From positions 1 to 28,420 of the IMG/VR virus record IMGVR_UViG_3300008252_000098: a stretch of DNA of 28,420 nt. One strand, 5' to 3'. The notes under the pieces were generated by a model. That model had not been told where the DNA came from and ran no database searches. It was given only the letters and a program-made list of their open reading frames with translations. The DNA is from a virus (Duplodnaviria > Caudoviricetes). Position 1 is the stretch's first letter. Every line of letters begins with the position of its first letter. The translations under genes were made by a program, and so were the position numbers. Of this stretch, positions 16,698 through 24,117 are shown piece by piece.

Positions 16698-18556
16698 CAA
16701 CACCTAATCTGGGGCTGACCGAGCTGGCAAACGGACAGGCCAACTACCTGAATGCCAACGAGGCGTTTGCGATAATTGACGCCCTGCTGCAAACCCCGGT
16801 CATCAGCAAGACACTGACGGCTGCCCCCGGCAGTCCGGCCAACGGCGCTTTTTACATCATGGCCTCGGCGTGGACAGGAGTAACAGGTGCTGCTGCGGGC
16901 AAGCTCGCGCTGTACCGTACCGGCTCTGGCTGGATCGTCATCACCCCGAAAGAGGGCTGGAAAGTCGAGGTGCTGGCCGACGGGATCACGTACCGATATG
17001 ACGGCTCAGTGTGGGCGGAATGGTCAGCCGGAGGTGGCAGTGGCGGCATGACAAATCCGATGACTGCAGAGGGCGATATCATCGTAGGCGGATCAAGCGG
17101 GTCACCGGAGAGGCTCCCTGTGGGGACTGACGGGCAGGTTCTGACCGCAGTCTCAGGGAGTCCCGAGTGGCAGGACCCTCCGGGCGGCGGGTTTACCGGC
17201 GGCACGCTGTCATCCGCGCTGAATGAGGCTCCAGCGGTAACGCTCGCCTCCGCTGCGACAGTTAACATCGGGGCCGCAACGGCAAACACGATCCGCATAA
17301 CGGGCACAAGCGCGATCACCGCGTTTGATGCCATCGCCGACGGTGCTGTGCGGCGGCTCGAGTTTGCTGGGGCGCTGACGCTAACACATAACGCTGTGTC
17401 GCTGATCTTGCCGACCAGCTCAAATATCGTCACGGTGGCCGGCGACGTGGCGGAGTTCCGGTCGCTGGGCGAGGGCAACTGGCGCTGCACGGGGTATCTG
17501 CGCGCAGATGGCACGCCGCTGGCAGGGGGCGGCGGTGGTGGGCTGACGTATTTTGCCGAGGCGAAAAATACAGCGTCACCCAATACCACCACGCCTGCAG
17601 TATCGCTATCCGCAGTCGTTGCAGAGACTAACGCCGATATGGTTTTAGCGGCAAAAGGCACCGGAGCAACGATTGCGCAGGTCCCGGACAACAACACCTC
17701 AGGCGGAGCAAAACGGGGTACTAGAGCGACGGACTGGCAAAAAGGGCGGAACTCGTCAAACCAGGTAGCCTCGGGCGCGGAATCGACTATCAGTGGTGGC
17801 GTGAACAACACCGCGCTTGGGATGGGCGCAGTTGTCGGCGGCGGCGTGGCTAATAGCGTAAGCCCTTCCTATGGGGTATGCGGTGGCGGGTCAAGCAACA
17901 TCGTCTCTGGCACGAGCGGGACAATCTCGGGCGGTAGCTCCAACACGATCAACAGCGGCGCCGATGGCGGGTGCATTCCGGGCGGTTCCGGTAACCTGGT
18001 ATTGACTGGTTCAGTTGCTGCGGCTGTTTTGGGCGGGGCAGGAAATACAGCATCGGGACAATATTCGACGGTGCTGGGCGGCTATCAAGCACACAGCCGA
18101 GGCATATACGGAGCCGAGGTCCGCGCGAGCGGGCAGTTTTCAACTCAAGGCGATGCTCAGCGCGGGCGCTATATCTTGCGCAGGTCTACGACAAACGCGA
18201 CTCCGCTAACGCTCGGGACAAACGGATCAGGCGGCGGGGTTACGAATCAAGTAGTGCTGCCAAATAACAGCTCGTACGCTTTTACCGGACGCGTCGTAGC
18301 GCGTGAAAATGCGACTGGCGACTGTGCAGCATGGGAGTTTACGGGTGTCATCCGGCGCGGCGCTAGCGCCGCAACGACTGCGCTGGTGGCAGCTGTGACG
18401 CCGTCAAGTATCGCCGCAGACGCTGGGGCCGCCGCATGGGGCCTGAGCGTCACGGCTGACACGTCGAGCGGGGCGTTAGCGATAACAGTAACCGGCGAGG
18501 CGGCGCATACAATCCGCTGGGTAGCCGATGTCGAGACTGTCGAGGTCGTTGGCTAG
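16694..18556 (+). CDS. Tail fibre/receptor-binding protein (DUF2793-like N-terminus, Gly-rich beta-helix repeats)
   Basis: TTPNLGL..LANGQA...NEA...IDAL, PKEGW; ~15-aa GG..N repeats at about 17766-18090. Confidence 0.85.
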   Translation: MTTPNLGLTELANGQANYLNANEAFAIIDALLQTPVISKTLTAAPGSPANGAFYIMASAWTGVTGAAAGKLALYRTGSGWIVITPKEGWKVEVLADGITYRYDGSVWAEWSAGGGSGGMTNPMTAEGDIIVGGSSGSPERLPVGTDGQVLTAVSGSPEWQDPPGGGFTGGTLSSALNEAPAVTLASAATVNIGAATANTIRITGTSAITAFDAIADGAVRRLEFAGALTLTHNAVSLILPTSSNIVTVAGDVAEFRSLGEGNWRCTGYLRADGTPLAGGGGGGLTYFAEAKNTASPNTTTPAVSLSAVVAETNADMVLAAKGTGATIAQVPDNNTSGGAKRGTRATDWQKGRNSSNQVASGAESTISGGVNNTALGMGAVVGGGVANSVSPSYGVCGGGSSNIVSGTSGTISGGSSNTINSGADGGCIPGGSGNLVLTGSVAAAVLGGAGNTASGQYSTVLGGYQAHSRGIYGAEVRASGQFSTQGDAQRGRYILRRSTTNATPLTLGTNGSGGGVTNQVVLPNNSSYAFTGRVVARENATGDCAAWEFTGVIRRGASAATTALVAAVTPSSIAADAGAAAWGLSVTADTSSGALAITVTGEAAHTIRWVADVETVEVVG

Positions 18557-18714
18557 TTTTCTGAGCTACTGACGCGGCAGTGGAGAGTGGTTGCCGGTAC
18601 TACAAAACCCGGCATTGGAACAGCCCACATCCCTGTAGAGCCAGCACGATAGTGCCCGCCCGCGCGGGCGCTGTCGCTGGCGAAAACCAACAAACGATAA
18701 CCCCGTCACAACAG

Positions 18715-18740
18715 GCCGCCCAATGAGGTGGCTTTTTCTT
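18715..18740 (+). terminator. Terminator-like hairpin before endolysin
   Basis: GCCGCC-caatga-GGTGGC-TTTTTCTTT. Confidence 0.6.
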
Positions 18741-18750
18741 TGGAGAATCA

Positions 18751-19290
18751 ATGACAGTCATCACCGCTGAAAAAGCAGGCGGGGCGAACGTGTGCGCGTT
18801 CCTCGACATGCTGGGCTGGTCAGAGGGCACAGTGCAAGTGCCGGGCAGCGACGACGGGTACAACGTACTCGTTGGCGGCACGCTGTTCACCGGCTACGCC
18901 GATCACCCGCGTGTATCGGTCGCTCTGCCACGCTACGGCATCCGCTCGACCGCCGCCGGCCGGTATCAGTTCCTGTCACGCACCTGGGATGCCATCGTCC
19001 GTAACTACGGGTTCCGTGGCCGCTTCATTCCCGAGGCGCAGGATCTGGCCGCCATCAAGCTACTGAAGGAATGCGGCGCTTACCCGCTGATCCAGCAGGG
19101 CAATATCACCGAAGCCATCAAGCTGGCCGCCCCGATCTGGGCCAGCCTGCCCGGCGCCGGCTATGGCCAGCGCGAACACCGGCTGACCAAGCTGCTGGAG
19201 ATTTATGCGGATGAGCGGGCTGCAGAGGCGCAGCCGGAAGAGCAGCTGCTGGCGGTGTATGCCGGCTGCGGCGGGGAGGTCGCATGCTGA
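18751..19290 (+). CDS. Endolysin, lambda R-like lytic transglycosylase
   Basis: AFLDML.WSEGT, GYNVLVGG, DHP, STAAGRYQFL..TWD, WASLPGAGYGQREH. Confidence 0.93.
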   Translation: MTVITAEKAGGANVCAFLDMLGWSEGTVQVPGSDDGYNVLVGGTLFTGYADHPRVSVALPRYGIRSTAAGRYQFLSRTWDAIVRNYGFRGRFIPEAQDLAAIKLLKECGAYPLIQQGNITEAIKLAAPIWASLPGAGYGQREHRLTKLLEIYADERAAEAQPEEQLLAVYAGCGGEVAC

Positions 19291-19772
19291 ATAAGTACAA
19301 GCTACTCGCCCAGATCTGCGGCCTGGCCGCCCTGGTGCTGCTGGGGTTTGGGGTGGGGTGGAGCTGGAACGGATCTCTCTGGGAGTTGAAGTACAACAAC
19401 CGCGAGACCAAATACGCAGAGGCACGGGCAGCAGCCGAACGGCAGGCCCGGTCGGAGGAAACGCGGCGCGCAGCCGCAGTTGAGGGGATACGACGTGATG
19501 CGAAACAACAGATTGACCAGGCTCAGGCTGATGCCAGTGCTGCTGATGCCACTGCTGACAGCCTGCGGCAGCAACTCGCCGAGCGTACCCGTCGAGCCAG
19601 CGCGGATACCTGCTCTGACGCCGGAAGCCAGACAGCCCGCTCAACCCTCATACTGTATTCCGAGCTGCTCGACCGGGCTGATGCGCGAGCGGGAGAGCTG
19701 GCAGCAGAGGCTGACCGACGACGAATAGCGGGGCTGGCGTGTGAGGCTCAGTACGACTCGCTTGGTCAGTGA
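19284..19772 (+). CDS. Inner-membrane spanin (Rz-like, DUF2514-type)
   Basis: N-terminal TM segment, Ala/Arg-rich coiled coil, LLDRAD.RAGELAAEADR.R.AGLACEAQYDSL. Confidence 0.85.
   Translation: MLNKYKLLAQICGLAALVLLGFGVGWSWNGSLWELKYNNRETKYAEARAAAERQARSEETRRAAAVEGIRRDAKQQIDQAQADASAADATADSLRQQLAERTRRASADTCSDAGSQTARSTLILYSELLDRADARAGELAAEADRRRIAGLACEAQYDSLGQ
19498..19728 (+). CDS. Outer-membrane spanin (Rz1-like lipoprotein) embedded in Rz in another frame
   Basis: Lipobox LLTA-C, Pro-rich mature region with two further Cys, fully nested in Rz. Confidence 0.8.
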   Translation: MRNNRLTRLRLMPVLLMPLLTACGSNSPSVPVEPARIPALTPEARQPAQPSYCIPSCSTGLMRERESWQQRLTDDE

Positions 19773-19975
19773 CCTGCAGCGGTGCGAGCCAGCTCAAGGG
19801 CTGCCTTGCACCGGCGGACCACGTTCGTCACTGCCTGCGGCGTCACGCCTAGATCAGCAGCAGCTGCGCCGGGAGCCTCGCCGCCGACAAGTACGCGGCG
19901 GGCAGCTTCTTCGCTTTGCCCGCCCCGCAGGCTGATCAGCTTCGCCAGCGCTTCAAACTGTTCGCTCGTCATCAC
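19766..19975 (-). CDS. aca4: Anti-CRISPR-associated HTH repressor, Aca4-like (TrfB/KorA-related)
   Basis: MT.EQF.ALA.L..LRGG..E.AAR.VLV.G......A...G.TPQAV......C....ELA matches the Aca4 pattern as recalled; directly downstream of acrIF11-like gene. Confidence 0.8.
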   Translation of the reverse strand: MMTSEQFEALAKLISLRGGQSEEAARRVLVGGEAPGAAAADLGVTPQAVTNVVRRCKAALELARTAAGH

Positions 19976-20421
19976 GCCACCTCGATCTGTGCGCCCGGCA
20001 GTACCAGCCAGGTGGTACCGTGCTCGTCGCTCATTTCTACCGCCGCGTAGCCCAGGGCCTTGGCCAGCTGGCCGCGAATGCGTTGGGCTTCCCAGCCAGC
20101 TTCGCCCAGGTCGTCAGCGCGCAGCAGCTCAACGTCGGCGTCTTCCACTTCTTCCTCTTCAACCACCAGTTCGAACAGGCGGTCCATGTCGTCACACCAG
20201 TGACCGGCAACTTCGTTCAGGGCAGCCATCACCGCGTCAGCATCCAGCTCGTAGGACAGTTCTTGCTGGGTCAGCGCCTTGTCGTCATCGATCTCGATGC
20301 TGTGCAGCACGTCACCGTGAGACAGGGCAGCGTCTTCATCGGCAGCGGCAAACAGGCCACCGAAGATGCCGAGGTCTTTAATTTCGCTGATCTGTTCAAA
20401 GCTGCCGTGGAAGAGTTTCAT
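19972..20421 (-). CDS. acrIF11: Anti-CRISPR AcrIF11-family ADP-ribosyltransferase
   Basis: LFHGSFEQISEIKDLGIFGGLF, ALSHG..LH.I, GWE.QR.RG.LA..LGY..VEM.DEHGTTWL.LPG closely match AcrIF11 as recalled; RBS GGAG. Confidence 0.87.
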   Translation of the reverse strand: MKLFHGSFEQISEIKDLGIFGGLFAAADEDAALSHGDVLHSIEIDDDKALTQQELSYELDADAVMAALNEVAGHWCDDMDRLFELVVEEEEVEDADVELLRADDLGEAGWEAQRIRGQLAKALGYAAVEMSDEHGTTWLVLPGAQIEVA

Positions 20422-20447
20422 TGCCGTTCTCCGTTGTTGATGACTCT

Positions 20448-20493
20448 ATATTAAACGCTTTAGAGTTTAATGCAAGACATGGCGACGAACGGT
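20448..20493 (-). promoter_or_regulatory. acr promoter with palindromic operator and upstream AlgR-consensus box
   Basis: Minus strand TTGCAT(20475-20470)-N16-TAATAT(20453-20448); inverted repeat ATTAAAC-N8-GTTTAAT 20450-20471; ACCGTTCGTC at 20493-20484. Confidence 0.7.
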
Positions 20494-20505
20494 CATTCTG
20501 ATCCG

Positions 20506-20535
20506 TGGGGGAATCTTGGGGGAATGCTCCCCCAA
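20506..20535. repeat. Putative integrase arm-type binding sites
   Basis: TGGGGGAAT direct repeat at 20506 and 20517 plus inverted TCCCCCAA at 20528, ~100 bp inside the att core; IHF-like AATCAGtatcTTG at 20581-20593. Confidence 0.6.
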
Positions 20536-20626
20536 ATAATCCCCTCGTCATCCTATAGGACGCTTAGTGATAGTCAGCAAAATCAGTATCTTGCCGGATG
20601 CGAAGTCCGTTAAATGCGGGCTGAAA

Positions 20627-20689
20627 ACGGATTCGAAATCCGTTGTACGGGTAACCGTACCCAGGGTTCGAATCCCTGACTCTCCGCCA
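20627..20689 (+). tRNA. 3' fragment of tRNA-Ser(CGA); prophage attachment site
   Basis: Anticodon arm ACGGA-TT-CGA-AA-TCCGT, long variable arm, CAGGGTTCGAATCCCTG T-arm, acceptor 3' strand and GCCA; 5' acceptor strand/D-arm absent upstream. Confidence 0.88.
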
Positions 20690-20947
20690 ATAAACAAAAC
20701 GCCCAGCTCAGCTGGGCGTTTTTGTTTATCCGGTGAGCTCTCGGTGAGAACCCTCGTTCGACCGAGCCTGCAACGCAGGCGAGGAACGCCGGAGCGCAGC
20801 GACGGCGGCCCCTCGAAGAGGGGTGAGGCGCGCAGCGCCGAATAATCCCTGACGAAGTCTCAGAAGGCACAGTTCTCCGACTAGCTGGGTGCTTTTTGTT
20901 TATCCGGCGAGCTCTCGGTGAGAACCCTCGTTCGACCGAGCCTGCAA
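20671..20947 (+). repeat. tRNA-linked tandem repeat, period ~173 bp (one full and one partial unit)
   Basis: AATCCCTGAC at 20671 and 20844; ~64-bp near-identical blocks at 20710-20773 and 20883-20947. Confidence 0.8.
20690..20729 (+). terminator. tRNA terminator hairpin
   Basis: AAAACGCCCAGC-tca-GCTGGGCGTTTTTGTTT. Confidence 0.8.
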
Positions 20948-20978
20948 GCTATACCTGCCATCTCAAGGCGGGGCGGCG

Positions 20979-23366
20979 TCAGCTTTGCAGCTCGCTGGCC
21001 GTCGCCGTGATGGTGCAGGGGCGCTCGGGCAGGCTGCGCGGGAATGCCGAGAGTGGCACCGGCGCGGATATCAGATAGCCTTGTACCTCGTTGCAGCCGG
21101 TGGCGCAGATAGCATTGAGCTGCTCGGCGGTTTCAACGCCTTCGCAGACCGTGCGCTTGCCGAGGGTAATGGCCAGCTCAGTAACCATCCGCACGATGGC
21201 CTGGGCATCCTGTCGGGTCAGCAATTCGGTAATGAATGAGCGGTCGATCTTCAGGGTGTCGAACGGAAAGCAGCGCAAGTACGACAAAGACGAGTAGCCA
21301 GTACCGAAATCGTCCAGTGCCAGTCTTACGCCGGTCTCACGGATGGCGTGGAGCGTGGCCAGCGCCTGATCCGGGTCATCGAGAATCACCGACTCGGTGA
21401 GCTCCAGTTCAAGCCGCTGCGGGGCGAGCTGGTAGCGTTGCAGCAGGGTCTTGAGGCCCTCAAGAAAATGCCCGAACTGTACCTGCATCGCCGAGACATT
21501 GACTGAAATGGTCAGCCCTTGCAGCTCATTGACTGCAGCCCGGCAAGCCTCCTCAAGTACCCACTGGCCCAGACCGTCAATCAGACCGCACTGTTCGGCA
21601 ATGGGAATGAACTCGTCCGGTCCGACTCTGCCCAGCTCGGGATGGCTCCAGCGAATCAGTGCCTCGGCGCCGACAATCTCCCAATTCGCGAGATCAACCT
21701 TTGGTTGCCAGTGAACCTGAATCTGTCCCCGCTCAATGGCGTGTCGCAAACCCTCTTCAATGGCCAGTCTGCGCCGGCTGCGCTCGCCCATTTCTTCGGA
21801 GTAGAGCGACCAGCAGCCCCTGCCCGCAGACTTTGCTGTGTAGAGAGCCATATCCGATTGCACCATCAGATCATCCAGATGAGGACCGCCCGGCGGACGC
21901 ACGCTGATACCGATGCTGGCGCCAACGCGAAACTCTCGCTCAGCGACGGTGATAGGGTTACTGAGGTTGCTGATCAGCTTCTGGGCCAGGGCGGTGATCT
22001 CTGTGCTGCTCTCAAACTGCCAGACCACCAGGGCGAATTCATCGCCGCCGAGGCGGGCGACCAGCATGTTTTCGCCGGCGCAACCGAGCAGGCGGCGGGC
22101 GATGACCTGGAGCAGGGCGTCGCCGGTACTGTGGCCGTGGTTGTCGTTGATGCTCTTGAAACGGTCCAGGTCGACCGACAGCAGGGCCAGTGACTGATCG
22201 CGCTTGACCAGTGCACTGATGGTGTCGCGCAGCTTGAAGCGGTTGGCCAGGCCGGTCAGCGAGTCGGTGTGGGCCAGGGTTTGCAGCATGCGTTCGTTGT
22301 TGACCTTGTCGGTCACGTCGCTGACGATGCCACGCCGTCCGACAAAGCGACCTTGATCATCCAGAAGAATTTTGCCCGTCAAGGCCAGGTGGCGCACTCC
22401 GCGGCGACCTTGCAAGCTGAGCGGCAGTGCACGGAAGTTCTGGCGACATTCAATCAGTTCGGTGCCTTGCTTCTTCAACTCAGCGCAGCGATCACTCAGC
22501 AGCTCCACGAAGCGTTTTTCCCGGTGCTCATTGGGCGCCAGTTCAAGCAGTTCGGTCAGCCGCGGCGACACGTGGTTGAGCATGCCATCGGCGTCTGTTT
22601 CCCACAGCGCGTCACCGGCATCCAGCTCGAAGTCCTGAAGCAGCACCGAGAGCATTTCGCCCTGGCGTGCAGCTTTGCGCTGAGCATTGATCAGGTCGGT
22701 TGATTTTCGCCACGACAGCAGCGCACCGATGACTACCATCGGCGAGTAGAGTGACAGCAGCAGGGCGAAAGCAAAGAAGTGAGTTTGACCGGTAAACAGC
22801 AGGCCGATCAGGGAGGCCAGCGTGTATATGCCGACATAGATGATGCTGGCACGTGGCAGCGGGCTGAGAACAAACCCGCCGGCGCCGATCATTCCTGTTA
22901 CCAGTGTCGAGATGGTCATCTGCTGCAAGCCACCACTGGTTGGGAACCACAGGATGATCATCACACCCCAGATACCGGACAACCCCGCCGCGTGAAGAGT
23001 AGAGCGCTTTATTCGACGTACGCGGGAGGTTACAAGCCCCTCATCCGGCATTCGCCACCAGCTCACACAGGCGAGCAGACAGGCCAGTGCAAGAGCACAA
23101 AACCAGACCCATAGCGCGGCTGGAATATCGGGTGAGTAGCTAAGCAAAATACAGGCACCTGCGCCGACGTTGGCAAACATCATCGCGGGCGTGACCCGAA
23201 TTACCGAGGTGAGGTGGGCGCCGCGCAGCAAAGCCATTTCGCGCTCGTTACTGCTGTACATTTGCGCGATGTCGTCGCGCAGTGATTTAAAGGTCTGTGA
23301 ATATGGTTTCAAACGACACCCACCGATGGCGTGACTGCACCCTGTCTCAACACTAGCAGAATGCAA
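20979..23366 (-). CDS. Membrane-bound PAS-GGDEF-EAL diguanylate cyclase/phosphodiesterase (true start may be downstream of 23366)
   Basis: Several N-terminal TM segments, WETDADG PAS, DSLTGLANR, ARLGGDEF, EALIRW, DDFGTGYSSL, LKIDRSF, EGVET. Confidence 0.93.
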   Translation of the reverse strand: MHSASVETGCSHAIGGCRLKPYSQTFKSLRDDIAQMYSSNEREMALLRGAHLTSVIRVTPAMMFANVGAGACILLSYSPDIPAALWVWFCALALACLLACVSWWRMPDEGLVTSRVRRIKRSTLHAAGLSGIWGVMIILWFPTSGGLQQMTISTLVTGMIGAGGFVLSPLPRASIIYVGIYTLASLIGLLFTGQTHFFAFALLLSLYSPMVVIGALLSWRKSTDLINAQRKAARQGEMLSVLLQDFELDAGDALWETDADGMLNHVSPRLTELLELAPNEHREKRFVELLSDRCAELKKQGTELIECRQNFRALPLSLQGRRGVRHLALTGKILLDDQGRFVGRRGIVSDVTDKVNNERMLQTLAHTDSLTGLANRFKLRDTISALVKRDQSLALLSVDLDRFKSINDNHGHSTGDALLQVIARRLLGCAGENMLVARLGGDEFALVVWQFESSTEITALAQKLISNLSNPITVAEREFRVGASIGISVRPPGGPHLDDLMVQSDMALYTAKSAGRGCWSLYSEEMGERSRRRLAIEEGLRHAIERGQIQVHWQPKVDLANWEIVGAEALIRWSHPELGRVGPDEFIPIAEQCGLIDGLGQWVLEEACRAAVNELQGLTISVNVSAMQVQFGHFLEGLKTLLQRYQLAPQRLELELTESVILDDPDQALATLHAIRETGVRLALDDFGTGYSSLSYLRCFPFDTLKIDRSFITELLTRQDAQAIVRMVTELAITLGKRTVCEGVETAEQLNAICATGCNEVQGYLISAPVPLSAFPRSLPERPCTITATASELQS

Positions 23367-23401
23367 TCACGCCTGACGATAGGCTTTAGGTCGCAGCCGC
23401 G

Positions 23402-24067
23402 TTATTCCCAATCAACCGGACAGGCTTGGCAACCATGCATTGTCACGTCCAGAAAGGTGCCGTAGTGCAGGCGTGCGCCTTCCAGGTTGGCGTCGGTCAA
23501 ATTGGCGTGATTGAGTTTGGCTTCCTGCAGGTTGGCGTCGCGCAGATCGGCGCCGGCCATGTCGGCCTTTGGCAGCCAGGCCATCTCCAGATTGGCGGCG
23601 CGCAGCACGGTACCGTGCATGGTTGCACCGCTGAAACGCGCGAAGTCCAGGCTGGCGCCAGTAAAGTCTGCGCCCTTGAAGCTGGCTCCCTGCGCAGTGA
23701 GGTTCCAGCCACTGATGGCCACAAACTGTGCTTCGTCGGCCTGGGCGCCGCGCATGGCGGTTTGCTGCAAGCTGGCACGGGTAAAGTTGGCTCCTTCGAG
23801 CCGGGCGTTGTCGAGTCTGGCTTGGTCAAGTACTGCATGGCGCAGGTCTGCATCGCGCAGGTCGGCGCCGGTCAGGTCCGCCTTGCGCAGATCCAGGTGG
23901 CGGAGATCAGCGCCGCGCAGATCAACGCCCTGGCACTGGGTGCCGGGGATCAGGGCGCAGCCGTTTAGGGTTCGGATATCCTCTTCGGCAATGTCAGCGC
24001 TCTGCGCCAGCAACGCGGGGCTGCTCAGTGCCAGCAGGCTGGCAGTCAGACGAACAAGCAGTTTCAT
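23402..24067 (-). CDS. Secreted pentapeptide-repeat protein (PedD/PA1981-like)
   Basis: Signal peptide, A(D/N)LxG-type repeats, Cys pairs; RBS GGAGAAGAG before ATG 24067; lies downstream of exaA. Confidence 0.88.
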   Translation of the reverse strand: MKLLVRLTASLLALSSPALLAQSADIAEEDIRTLNGCALIPGTQCQGVDLRGADLRHLDLRKADLTGADLRDADLRHAVLDQARLDNARLEGANFTRASLQQTAMRGAQADEAQFVAISGWNLTAQGASFKGADFTGASLDFARFSGATMHGTVLRAANLEMAWLPKADMAGADLRDANLQEAKLNHANLTDANLEGARLHYGTFLDVTMHGCQACPVDWE

Positions 24068-24080
24068 GCTCTTCTCCATA

Positions 24081-24106
24081 GCCCTGCCCACCCGGGTGGG
24101 CAGGGC
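24081..24106. repeat. Perfect 26-bp palindrome between exaA and the pentapeptide gene
   Basis: GCCCTGCCCACCC-GGGTGGGCAGGGC. Confidence 0.75.
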
Positions 24107-24117
24107 GTTTCAGGTGA

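Larger units (their letters stand above)
1..20689 (+). mobile_element. Prophage (lambdoid/HK97-like siphovirus), right part; left end outside window
   Basis: Contiguous co-oriented portal-neck-tail-lysis genes ending at a 3' tRNA-Ser fragment with arm-type repeats; host metabolic genes follow. Confidence 0.95.

Noticed and set aside
13584-18556. Diversity-generating retroelement or invertible tail-fibre cassette
   Set aside because: No reverse transcriptase, invertase, template/variable repeat pair or inverted fibre copy seen in the window
19700-20630. Solitary CRISPR repeat (RNA anti-CRISPR) near the acr operon
   Set aside because: No match to I-F (GTTCACTGCC...) or I-E/I-C repeats seen, and there is no intergenic space in the operon
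20600-20689. Complete functional tRNA-Ser
   Set aside because: No 5' acceptor strand (GGAGAG-like) or D-arm upstream of the anticodon stem
20710-20947. CRISPR array
   Set aside because: Only two ~64-bp copies with ~110-bp spacing, no cas genes, anchored to a tRNA end
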